Part shown: positions 26,183 through 34,509 of the stretch, piece by piece
Layout of the letters: each line of letters begins with the position of its first letter
How positions within the stretch are numbered: the stretch's first letter is position 1
From: Candidatus Zixiibacteriota bacterium
GTDB lineage: Bacteria; Zixibacteria; MSB-5A5; WJJR01; JAJRUJ01
NCBI GenBank assembly: GCA_020051695.1
Contig: JAGVQM010000026.1
Span: 106,329-170,328, forward strand
Direction of reading: 5' to 3'
Length of the DNA: 64,000 nucleotides
Made by a program: the position numbers and the translations under genes
The notes under the pieces: model-generated
What the model saw: only the letters and a program-made list of their open reading frames with translations
Databases searched by the model: none
Told to the model about the DNA's origin: nothing

Positions 26183-27444
26183 CGCCCCGTCTTTTTCTGC
26201 CCGGCCCTGGGCAGCAGGGCGGCAAGGCGATCACAAATCATATCGGCCAGGGCCCGCTTCGTGATTTTGCCGGTTTCGATCGTTTCACCATCGGCGTTGA
26301 TGATCGTCGCGATGTTGGTTTCACTGCCGAATTCGGCGCCGCTCACCAGCGGGTTATTGGCGATGATCAAATCAAGTTTTTTGTCTTTTAATTTGCGCCG
26401 TGCCTCTTTGCCCGGGTCGGTCGTCTCCAGGGAAAAACCCACCAGTACCTGCCGGTTTTTACGCTGGGCCAAACCCGAGAGAATATCAGCGGTGGGGCCG
26501 AGTTTGAGTATCGGGACGCCCGATGATTTTTTTATTTTCTGCCCGGCGACTTTTATCGGATGAAAATCCGCCACAGCGGCCGCCATAATGACCGCATCCA
26601 CCCCGGCGAACCGCTCGCCGACCGCCTGATCCATTTGGGCCGCCGTTTCGATGCGGATGACTTCCACGCCCACCGGATCGAGCAATGCCGTCGGCCCGGA
26701 AATCAGGATAACCGCCGCCCCCCGCGCGGCGGCGGCCTCGGCAAGTCGGTACCCCATTTTGCCGGAAGACCGATTTCCCAGATAACGCACCGGGTCCAGC
26801 GGCTCATGGGTGGGCCCGGCGGTGACGAGGATTTTGCGTCCCCGCAGGTCTCCCGCACGGGCGAAAAACCCGCGCAGAACTGCGGCGATCTCCTCCGGTT
26901 CGGCCATGCGGCCTTTGCCGACGGTCTCGCAAGCCAGTTTACCCGTTCCGGGTTCGATAAACCGAACACCGCGCGAACGCAACACGGCGATATTTTCCTG
27001 TGTCGCGGCATGCTCGTACATGCGCGTGTTCATCGCCGGGGCGACAAAGACCGGGGCGGCCGTGGCCAGGAGCAGCGTGGTCAACAGATCATCGGCGATG
27101 CCCGAGCGCATTTTGGCCAAGATATTCGCCGTCGCCGGGGCAATGACAAAAGTATCGGCCCACTCGGCAATGGTGATATGCCGTGTGCCGACCATCCTAT
27201 TTTCCGGGAACAGCTCCTGCAAGACCTCGCGCTGGGAAAGTGTTTCCATGGTCAGCGGCGTGATAAATTTTGCCCCGCTGTTCGTTAGGCAGACCCAGAC
27301 ATCGGCGCCGTCACGTTTGAGGACCCGTGTGAGATAGGCCGCTTTATAGGCGGCGATCCCCCCGGTGATCCCCAGCAGGATTTTCCTGCCGTTCAGCACC
27401 GAAGTTTCCGCTGATTGTTCTTGATTACCGGCCACAGACATCAT
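26179..27444 (-). CDS. coaBC: bifunctional phosphopantothenoylcysteine decarboxylase / phosphopantothenate-cysteine ligase
   Basis: GRKILLGITGGIAAYKA...APAMNTRMYEH...ILVTAGPTHEPLDPVRYLGNRSSGKMGYRLAEAA. 421 aa. Confidence 0.9.
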   Translation of the reverse strand: MMSVAGNQEQSAETSVLNGRKILLGITGGIAAYKAAYLTRVLKRDGADVWVCLTNSGAKFITPLTMETLSQREVLQELFPENRMVGTRHITIAEWADTFVIAPATANILAKMRSGIADDLLTTLLLATAAPVFVAPAMNTRMYEHAATQENIAVLRSRGVRFIEPGTGKLACETVGKGRMAEPEEIAAVLRGFFARAGDLRGRKILVTAGPTHEPLDPVRYLGNRSSGKMGYRLAEAAAARGAAVILISGPTALLDPVGVEVIRIETAAQMDQAVGERFAGVDAVIMAAAVADFHPIKVAGQKIKKSSGVPILKLGPTADILSGLAQRKNRQVLVGFSLETTDPGKEARRKLKDKKLDLIIANNPLVSGAEFGSETNIATIINADGETIETGKITKRALADMICDRLAALLPRAGQKKTGR

Positions 27445-27454
27445 CCCTCATAAA

Positions 27455-29041
27455 TCAATGCCGGAAATTACGGATGCCGGAAAAGACCATGGCGATCCCG
27501 GCTTCATCACAAGCGGCGATAACCTCCGGGTCCTTTTTCGATCCACCGGGTTCGATGATGGCGGCAATCCCGGCCTGCGCCGCGACTTCGATATTATCCG
27601 GCATGGGGAAAAACGCATCCGAAGCCAGAACAGACCCGGCAGCGCGCTCCCCGGCTTTTTCAATCGCCATTTTCACGGCGTCAACCCGCGCGGTCTGGCC
27701 CCCGCCGATCCCGACAGCTGCAGTCCCCTGGATTAATACGATGGCATTCGAGCGAACGTGTTTGACCAGCCGCCGCCCGAACAGCATAGACGCAATTTGC
27801 CGCGCAGTCGGTCGTTTTTTGGTCACTACCCGCAGATCTTCTGCGGTCACTTCAATGGTGTCCGGTGTTTGCGCCAACAGCGCGCCGGACAATGCGCGAT
27901 ACGTCCACTCCCCGGCGGGCGGCGGGTCGGCAATGCCCGGCAATTGCAGGAACCGCCGCGTCTTTTTCTTTTTCAACAGCGCCAGGGCCTCCGGCGAATA
28001 TCTCGGCGCCAGCACGCACTCGACAAACAAGGCTTCGGCGATCTTTTCCGCCGCGGCCGAATCGACCACGGTATTCAACCCGATGATCCCACCGTAAGCC
28101 GACATCGGATCGGTATCGTACGCCAGTTGGTAGGCCTCGCTCAGCGTGTCCGCCTCGGCGGCGCCACAGGGTGTGGCGTGTTTGATGACCACGGCAAAAG
28201 GTCTCTTCCTAAAATCCGTCACAATGGACAATGCACATTCAAGGTCATAATAATTATTATACGACAACTCCTTGCCGCCAAGCACTTCCGCGTCGGTCAG
28301 CGACAGTTCTTTGCCGCCGATTTTGCCGTACAGGACACCGCGCTGGTGTGGATTTTCGCCATAACGCAATGTACTCACTTTGCGAAAAGCTGAAACCCGC
28401 ACGGCGGGGACTTCTTCCCCGCTGCGTTGTTCCAGATATCCGGCAATTGCCGCGTCATAGACTGCGGTGCGGGCAAATGCCCGCGCCGCCCACAACCGGC
28501 GGGATTCATGATCGATGCCGCCGTCGCCGGCCTTATATTTTTCGCTAAACTCCGCATAATCGGCAGGATCGGTCAGGACAACCACCGATTCGCAGTTTTT
28601 GGCGGCCGAACGGATCATCGACGGCCCGCCGATATCGATATTTTCGATGGCCTCCTGCTCGGTGCAGTCATGACGGGCGGCGACCTGCGTAAACGGATAC
28701 AGGTTGATCACCACCATGTCGATGGCCTTAATTCCCTGTTCCGCCACCTGTTTTTGATGGTCCGGGTCACCCCGGCGAAAGAGGATACCGCCATGGATTT
28801 TGGGATGAAGTGTTTTGACCCTGCCGCCCAGGATTTCCGGCGAACCGGTCAGCGAGACCACTGAAACTGCCGGAATTCCGTGCTCTTTCAATATGCTCAA
28901 TGTCCCGCCGGTGGCCAGAATTTCCACCCCGTGATCATGGAGCAGCCGCGCCAGTTCCACCAGGCCGGTCTTATCGCTCACCGACATGACCGCGCGCCGA
29001 ATTGTAACCGCCCCGCCCTGATTCGTTTTTGTCTCGCTCAT
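27455..29041 (-). CDS. purH: bifunctional AICAR formyltransferase / IMP cyclohydrolase
   Basis: IRRAVMSVSDKTGLVELAR...GGRVKTLHPKIHGGIL...C-terminal FFPMPDNIEVAAQAGIAAIIEPGGSKKD...FSGIRNFRH. The track start (TTG 29095) probably overshoots; ATG 29041 gives 528 aa. Confidence 0.9.
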   Translation of the reverse strand: MSETKTNQGGAVTIRRAVMSVSDKTGLVELARLLHDHGVEILATGGTLSILKEHGIPAVSVVSLTGSPEILGGRVKTLHPKIHGGILFRRGDPDHQKQVAEQGIKAIDMVVINLYPFTQVAARHDCTEQEAIENIDIGGPSMIRSAAKNCESVVVLTDPADYAEFSEKYKAGDGGIDHESRRLWAARAFARTAVYDAAIAGYLEQRSGEEVPAVRVSAFRKVSTLRYGENPHQRGVLYGKIGGKELSLTDAEVLGGKELSYNNYYDLECALSIVTDFRKRPFAVVIKHATPCGAAEADTLSEAYQLAYDTDPMSAYGGIIGLNTVVDSAAAEKIAEALFVECVLAPRYSPEALALLKKKKTRRFLQLPGIADPPPAGEWTYRALSGALLAQTPDTIEVTAEDLRVVTKKRPTARQIASMLFGRRLVKHVRSNAIVLIQGTAAVGIGGGQTARVDAVKMAIEKAGERAAGSVLASDAFFPMPDNIEVAAQAGIAAIIEPGGSKKDPEVIAACDEAGIAMVFSGIRNFRH

Positions 29042-29099
29042 ACCAACCATTCCTGCCGGATTTCCCCTGCCGCACCCCGGTTGCAATCTTCCCAACCCG

Positions 29100-30020
29100 T
29101 CATCCGATCAACCGCCGCAATGCCTCCGCATATCGCGCGGAAGTCGCCTCGATGACCTCCGGGGGAAGTTTGGGTGACGGCGGCGTTTTGTCCCAGCCGG
29201 TTGATTCGAGATAATCCCGGACCCCCTGCTTATCAAAACTCTTTTGCGAACGGCCAATTTCGTACTCATCGCCGGGCCAGAAGCGCGAGGAATCCGGCGA
29301 ACAGATCTCATCGATCAGCACCAGCGTTTGCCCGTCCAACCCGAATTCGAATTTCGTATCGGCCAAAATAATGCCGCGCTGTTCGGCATGGCGAGAACAT
29401 TTGTTGAACACATCGATTGTCGCCCGCCGCAGGCGGCCGGCAAGATCAGGCCCCACATGCGCCACCAGCTCGTCATAGGAGATGTTTTCGTCATGGCCTT
29501 CCTCGGCCTTGGTCGACGGTGTGAAAATCACGGCGGGAAGCCGCTGTGATAATTTCAAGTCACGTGGAAACTCGAAACCCAGCAATTCGACGGGTCCGGC
29601 GGCCGCTTGGGCAAGTTTTTGCCGGTATTCCTTCCAGAGGGAGCCGGCAATATAGGCCCGCGCCACACACTCAATATCAATCCGCTGATATTTTTTGACC
29701 AGCATGGAACGGCCTTCCAGCAGCGCCCGATAGCGTTGCAAGACTTCCGGGTATTCGTAGATATCGGAGGTAACCATATGGTTCGGAATAACATCAGCCG
29801 TGTGTTTAAACCAGAATTCGGACATGCGGTTGAGCACTTCGCCCTTGCCGGGGATGGGATCGTCGATTATTACATCGAACGCGGAGATCCGATCCGTCGC
29901 CACGATCAGCAGATGCTGGCCAAGATCATACACATCACGGACTTTCCCCCGTGAAAAAAGCGGATATTCCCTGATATCAGTCTGCCAGACCGGGGGATAT
30001 TTGGCCGTTTTCAGTTCCAT
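29100..30020 (-). CDS. purC: phosphoribosylaminoimidazole-succinocarboxamide synthase
   Basis: LFSRGKVRDVYDLGQHLLIVATDRISAFD...ILADTKFEFG...DEICSPDSSRFW. ATG 30020 follows AAGGAG. Confidence 0.9.
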   Translation of the reverse strand: MELKTAKYPPVWQTDIREYPLFSRGKVRDVYDLGQHLLIVATDRISAFDVIIDDPIPGKGEVLNRMSEFWFKHTADVIPNHMVTSDIYEYPEVLQRYRALLEGRSMLVKKYQRIDIECVARAYIAGSLWKEYRQKLAQAAAGPVELLGFEFPRDLKLSQRLPAVIFTPSTKAEEGHDENISYDELVAHVGPDLAGRLRRATIDVFNKCSRHAEQRGIILADTKFEFGLDGQTLVLIDEICSPDSSRFWPGDEYEIGRSQKSFDKQGVRDYLESTGWDKTPPSPKLPPEVIEATSARYAEALRRLIG

Positions 30021-30025
30021 ATATT

Positions 30026-30643
30026 TCACCACTCCTTTTTGTGCTCGCCCAAAGGTAACAAGCCGGAGGCCAGCCGCGCAACCGTCTCCGGCAAAATCTG
30101 ATGTTCAACCGCCAAAACCCGCGCCTGCAACTGCTCCGGTGTGTCGCCGGGCAGGACCGGCACGGTACGCTGGGCAATGATCGCCCCATGGTCGTAGATT
30201 TCATCCACAAAATGGATGGTCGGCCCGGAAACGGTTTCGCCCGCCGCCAGCACGGCTTGATGTACTTTCATGCCGTACATACCCTTACCGCCGTATTTCG
30301 GCAACAATGCCGGATGAATATTTATTATCCGCCGCCGGAATTTTCGGATTACTTCAGGGGGGACTAGTTTAAGATATCCGGCCAGCACGACCAGATCGAT
30401 GTGCTCTTTGGCGAAAAGGGACAGGAATCTCCTGGCGACAGCGTCCTCGGAACCCTCGGTTTTGATTGAAACATGGATCGCCCGTTTACCGGCCTTGCGC
30501 GCCCGCTCCAAAGCATACGCCGACGATTTATTCGAAATCACCAGCCGCACCGTGGCATGCAACGTGCCGCCCGCCTCGGCGTCAAGAATCGACTGCAGGT
30601 CGGTACCAGAACCCGAAGCCAGCACGGCGATATTGCAACCCAT
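30026..30643 (-). CDS. purN: phosphoribosylglycinamide formyltransferase
   Basis: IAVLASGSGTDLQSIL...LVVLAGYLKLV...IINIHPALLPKYGGKGMYG.KVH...G.TIHFVDEIYDHGAII. Confidence 0.9.
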   Translation of the reverse strand: MGCNIAVLASGSGTDLQSILDAEAGGTLHATVRLVISNKSSAYALERARKAGKRAIHVSIKTEGSEDAVARRFLSLFAKEHIDLVVLAGYLKLVPPEVIRKFRRRIINIHPALLPKYGGKGMYGMKVHQAVLAAGETVSGPTIHFVDEIYDHGAIIAQRTVPVLPGDTPEQLQARVLAVEHQILPETVARLASGLLPLGEHKKEW

Positions 30644-30786
30644 TGATTCCCTCGTTTACTCCCGCCCGGCGCGCGGCCGCTCCATTCGGCCGGCCGCGCA
30701 CGGTTCGACGACCTGTTCAATGTGTGCCCCTTCCCGCCCAGCCGCAACCGTCTTTTTGGACATTCCCGCCAACTCCGCTCACCCCC

Positions 30787-30830
30787 AAAAAATAACGGCC
30801 CACCTCGCCTAATCCTGTCGCGATGGGCCG
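30787..30830 (-). terminator. intrinsic terminator after glnA
   Basis: The minus strand reads CGGCCCATCGC-gacaggattag-GCGAggTGGGCCG followed by TTATTTTTT, beginning 14 nt after the glnA TAA. Confidence 0.6.
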
Positions 30831-30843
30831 CCGGGCTACCAGT

Positions 30844-32169
30844 TTATAATACAGGCAAATACTTTTCCCATTCGTAAGGGGTCACCGCGATACGGTAGCG
30901 GTCCCACTCCACCTTTTTGTTGGCCAAAAGCGAGTCGAAAATATGGTCCCCCAGTGTCTCCCGGGCCAGCGTTGATTCGGCAAACAAAATCGCGGCGTTT
31001 TCCAGAGTATCCGGCAACGCCTGAATATTGTTTCGCCGGCGGACCTCGGAATTCATATCGAAGATATTTTCCTCGATCGGCGCGGGCAGGTCATATTTTT
31101 GTTCGATCCCCTTCAATCCGGCGGCCAGCATCAGGGCAAACGCCAGATAGGGATTGCACGAGGGATCGGGAGAACGCAGCTCGATCCGCGTGGCTTTTTC
31201 TTTCCCCACCCGGTACATCGGGATCCGGACCAGGGACGACCGGTTACGCCGCCCCCAGGAAATGTAGACCGGCGCCTCGAACCCCGCGACCAGCCGTTTG
31301 TACGAGTTGACCCACTGGTTAAGCACAAAGGTAATTTCGCGGACATGCGTGAGCAGGCCGGCCACAAAATGCCGTGCCGTTTTAGATAGATGATACTCGT
31401 CATTGGGGTCAAAGAAAGCATTGGTCTGCCCTTTGAACAACGACATGTGCGTGTGCATACCCGAACCGTTCTCGCCCTGAATCGGCTTGGGCATGAACGT
31501 GGCGTACAACTCGTTTTCCGTGGCGATTTCCTTGACTACCAGCCGATACAACATCGTAAAATCGGCCATGACCAGCGCTTCCTGGTATTTCAAGTCGATT
31601 TCATGCTGCGAGGGAGCGACTTCGTGATGCGAACACTCGACAGTCACGCCCAGTTTTTCCAGAGCATGGACTGTTTTTTTGCGCACGCGGGTGCCTTTGT
31701 CGATGGTGCCGTAATCGAAATACCCGGCTTTGTCGATCGGTTCCGGTGTCGATGAATTATGGAAGTAAAAATATTCAATTTCCGGCCCGCAATAGAAAGT
31801 GTACCCGAGCTTCTCGGCTTTGGTCAGCGCCCGCCGTAAGACATTCCGTGGGTCGCCGTGATATGGTGTGCCATCAGGATTTTGTATGTCGCAGAAAATA
31901 GACGCCACCCGTTCTCCGGCGATTTCCCAGGGGATCACGCGGAACGACCGCAGATCGGGGATGGCCATCAGGTCCGATTCCTCGATCCGGACAAACCCCT
32001 CCACCGAGGAGCCGTCAAATCCCTGCCCCATGTCGAGGACTTCCTCGATTTCCGAGCGGGTGATTGACATCCCTTTCAGCCGCCCCAGGATGTCGGTGAA
32101 CCACAGCCGAATATACTTGACGCCGGCCTCGTCGATTTTGGCAAGCACGTCTTCTTTAGTCTTGGTCAT
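30844..32169 (-). CDS. glnA: glutamine synthetase, type I (441-aa form)
   Basis: VKYIRLWFTDILGRLKGMSI...FDGSSVEGF...MPKPIQGENGSGMHTHMSLF...RIPMYR...ELRSPDPSCNPYLAFA. Confidence 0.92.
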   Translation of the reverse strand: MTKTKEDVLAKIDEAGVKYIRLWFTDILGRLKGMSITRSEIEEVLDMGQGFDGSSVEGFVRIEESDLMAIPDLRSFRVIPWEIAGERVASIFCDIQNPDGTPYHGDPRNVLRRALTKAEKLGYTFYCGPEIEYFYFHNSSTPEPIDKAGYFDYGTIDKGTRVRKKTVHALEKLGVTVECSHHEVAPSQHEIDLKYQEALVMADFTMLYRLVVKEIATENELYATFMPKPIQGENGSGMHTHMSLFKGQTNAFFDPNDEYHLSKTARHFVAGLLTHVREITFVLNQWVNSYKRLVAGFEAPVYISWGRRNRSSLVRIPMYRVGKEKATRIELRSPDPSCNPYLAFALMLAAGLKGIEQKYDLPAPIEENIFDMNSEVRRRNNIQALPDTLENAAILFAESTLARETLGDHIFDSLLANKKVEWDRYRIAVTPYEWEKYLPVL

Positions 32170-32209
32170 GTATCGTGCGCTCCCCTGTTACCCCGATTTG
32201 TACGTCGGG

Positions 32210-32238
32210 AGTATATTGCCGGTGTATCATGAAGTCAA
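32210..32238 (-). promoter_or_regulatory. candidate sigma70-type promoter for glnA (TTGACT-N17-TATACT)
   Basis: The minus strand reads TTGACTtcatgatacaccggcaaTATACT. The -10 element ends about 40 nt upstream of the ATG at 32169, and AGGGGAG is the RBS. Confidence 0.55.
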
Positions 32239-32388
32239 ATAAAATGTTTGAAGAGGGCGGCAATAATGGACAACGCAATTATTCGCCGGTGAATTTCTTG
32301 GTGTTCGTATCTTATTGCATTTATTGGGGTTGTCGCCTATATTGCCGAGAGTCTTGACGATATAGGATTACTCGTGGCTCGGCGTTTC

Positions 32389-32578
32389 GCCCGTCCGCCG
32401 TGGCGGATGGGCACTTGTCCACCCTCGGCGCAAAGTTACCGCCGGAAAAACCTGACTTTGTCATTCCCCGCCGCGGCGGGGAATCCGGTTTGTAGGTCAA
32501 AACCTCTGTGGTTTTGACATGCGCTCGGCATGGCGCATGGACATCTGTCGAAACCCCATCCCGCCGTGACCGCGGGAT
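32389..32578. repeat. cluster of five consecutive GC-rich stem-loops / REP-like palindromes
   Basis: The five stem-loops are as follows.
- 32389-32412: GCCCGTCCGC/GCGGATGGGC.
- 32463-32484: perfect 22-nt palindrome ATTCCCCGCCGCGGCGGGGAAT.
- 32496-32518: GTCAAAACC-tctgt-GGTTTTGAC.
- 32518-32539: CATGCGC-N8-GCGCATG.
- 32558-32578: ATCCCGC-N7-GCGGGAT. Confidence 0.7.
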
Positions 32579-32646
32579 TGACCTGCAAAACTTCGATTCT
32601 AAGGTTCAGGAAACGAAAATCAAACTCATAATGCGGCAGAATCAGG

Positions 32647-33582
32647 TTATTCTCGGCATGTCCTGCAACCGGGGCGATGCTTGATCTCGTGCTTGTCTCG
32701 TGCCACAGCAATTGCACTGCCGTTCCATATATTCTCGAACGTCTGGTCATTCAGATTCCCGATTACCATATTTTCATCATATATCTTGTAACACAACCGT
32801 ACATTATTGTAGACGTCCACAGAAAATAAAACATAGGGAAGCAGGCAATTGCGTTTCCTTTGCACGTCGGCCTTTTTATATTTGGCACGCAACTGCACGG
32901 CTTCTTTGACAAGGCGGAATTTATCGCAACCCATGTTTATGGCCAGTTGCTTGGCGGCCTGCTGTTCCGCCTTATTCCAAGGGAAATCGATCATTTGCCA
33001 TTCGATACAGGTTTTTGAGTCCATCATCCGCCGATACTCCAAGACTTTTTTCAGATTGTCGAGCACCAATTTGAGGTCTCCATACCGGCGGTATTGATTG
33101 TAAATTCCCGGGGAAACACCGTCAATGGAAACGATGAGATAATCTAATCCTGATGTCATTAACGAACGCCAGAAGGCGCCCTCTTTGGCGATCGAAAGCG
33201 ACGTAGAGATCACGGTGCCGACATTCCGGGCATGAGCGTATTTTATATACTCCACAACATCCTTATTGTGCAGTGGCTCACCGATATCATACAATGAGAT
33301 CAGAAAGCAACAATCCTGATGATAGTTGACCAGCTCTTTATATTGGGAATACGGATAATACACTTCCTCTTTGCGGGGAAAGCAATACTTGCACTTAACC
33401 GTACAATGGCGGCTGATTTCGACTTTCAGAAAAGAAGGAAAAGATGAAATGTTGGGCGTATTCTGCAGATAATAGCCATATGACCGCAGAAGATTCTTAT
33501 ATTTCTTTGTCGACCCGTATTTGAATAGGCAGTGTACATACCTTTGCCAGTTTGCCAGAGGTAACTGAGCCATTGCTGACAT
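32647..33582 (-). CDS. radical SAM enzyme with C-terminal SPASM/twitch-like domain (peptide-maturase-like; substrate unknown)
   Basis: CX3CX2C cluster motif (EISRHCTVKCKYCFP). C-terminal Cys-rich block (NCLLPY...NNVRLCYKIY...IGNLNDQTFENIWNG...RPGCRTCRE). GC is about 37-47% in sampled 60-nt lines, against 58-70% in flanking genes. I prefer ATG 33582 over the TTG at 33630. Confidence 0.8.
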   Translation of the reverse strand: MSAMAQLPLANWQRYVHCLFKYGSTKKYKNLLRSYGYYLQNTPNISSFPSFLKVEISRHCTVKCKYCFPRKEEVYYPYSQYKELVNYHQDCCFLISLYDIGEPLHNKDVVEYIKYAHARNVGTVISTSLSIAKEGAFWRSLMTSGLDYLIVSIDGVSPGIYNQYRRYGDLKLVLDNLKKVLEYRRMMDSKTCIEWQMIDFPWNKAEQQAAKQLAINMGCDKFRLVKEAVQLRAKYKKADVQRKRNCLLPYVLFSVDVYNNVRLCYKIYDENMVIGNLNDQTFENIWNGSAIAVARDKHEIKHRPGCRTCRE

Positions 33583-33630
33583 AATCTTGTTGCAAATCAG
33601 TCCGAAAGCTGACCGCCATCTAACGCTCAA

Positions 33631-33685
33631 CCGTCAGGAAAGATTCCTGACGGCGCAACAATTCAACTGTGGGTGGTGCCCACCC
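33631..33685 (-). terminator. two stem-loops after the stomatin gene (possible terminator/insulator)
   Basis: 33671-33685 is GGGTGG-tgc-CCACCC. 33631-33653 is a perfect 9-bp stem, CCGTCAGGA-aagat-TCCTGACGG. On the minus strand both follow the stop at 33719. There is no strong U-tract. Confidence 0.35.
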
Positions 33686-33718
33686 TACCTTAAAAACCTA
33701 CTCAACCGCTCCCCGCGC

Positions 33719-34498
33719 TCAGCCCGCGCCTTCGGAAGTACCCGGCCCCAGTTTCTTCATAAACGGCATAATCAGGTCCATGGGCAGCGGGAAAATAATC
33801 GTCGAGTTTTTCTCGGTGGCAATCTCGGTCAGCGTCTGCAAAAAGCGCAATTGCAACGCGCCGGATTGCTGGGAAATCACGCCGGCCGCCTGGGCCAGTT
33901 TGGCGGAGGCCTGGAATTCACCTTCGGCGTGGATCACCTTGGCCCGGCGTTCACGCTCGGCCTCGGCCTGCCGGGCAATTGCGCGCTGCATTTCGATCGG
34001 CAAATCGACGTTTTTCACCTCGACGACCGAGACTTTGATACCCCACGGTTCGGTCTGCTCATCGATGATTTTCTGCAGTTGCTGGTTGATATGCTCGCGG
34101 TTGGACAACAGATCATCGAGGTCGACCTGCCCCAAAACCGAACGCAGCGTGGTCTGCGAAATCTGCGAGGTGGCCATCATGTAGTTTTCGACATTGACTA
34201 TGGCCTTGTTCGCGTCCATCACGCGGAAATACAACACGGCGTTGACTTTGACCGTGACGTTGTCGCGGGTGATGACGTCCTGCGGCGGGACGTCGAACGT
34301 GATCGTGCGCAAATCGACCCGCACCATTTTATCGACGATGGGGATCAGCAGGATCAACCCCGGCCCCCTGGCCCCAACCAGCCGGCCCAGACGAAAAATG
34401 ACGCCCCGCTCATATTCTTTCAAAATCCGAACCGCATTGGCCAAAATGAACAGACCAATGACGACAATCGTAATCAGTCCCGGTTGAAATCCACTCAT
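33719..34498 (-). CDS. SPFH/band-7 (stomatin-like) membrane protein
   Basis: N-terminal TM helix, then [71 protein letters not shown]...[17 protein letters not shown]. Confidence 0.9.
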   Translation of the reverse strand: MSGFQPGLITIVVIGLFILANAVRILKEYERGVIFRLGRLVGARGPGLILLIPIVDKMVRVDLRTITFDVPPQDVITRDNVTVKVNAVLYFRVMDANKAIVNVENYMMATSQISQTTLRSVLGQVDLDDLLSNREHINQQLQKIIDEQTEPWGIKVSVVEVKNVDLPIEMQRAIARQAEAERERRAKVIHAEGEFQASAKLAQAAGVISQQSGALQLRFLQTLTEIATEKNSTIIFPLPMDLIMPFMKKLGPGTSEGAG

Positions 34499-34509
34499 GG
34501 TCCCGCCTC

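Noticed and set aside
32175-32357. Small Cys-containing plus-strand ORF (MKSNKMFEEGG...YCIYWGCRLYCRES) that could be imagined as a RiPP precursor for the nearby rSAM
   Set aside because: It has no Shine-Dalgarno sequence. It lies on the opposite strand, convergent to the rSAM gene. It also overlaps the well-formed glnA promoter (TTGACT-N17-TATACT). I keep it only as a long shot.
32436-32750. 104-aa minus-strand ORF overlapping the 3-prime end of the radical SAM gene
   Set aside because: Most of it is a read-through of the palindrome cluster (the ...GFPAAAGNDK... type of peptide generated by GGGAAT/ATTCCC repeats). It also overlaps the rSAM stop region out of frame.
33500-33619. 39-aa minus-strand ORF (MAVSFRTDLQQDYVSNGS...) just upstream of the rSAM gene as a possible precursor peptide
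   Set aside because: It overlaps the first roughly 27 codons of the rSAM gene in another frame. The rSAM has no later Met before its Cys motif that would free the space, and the ORF has no RBS.
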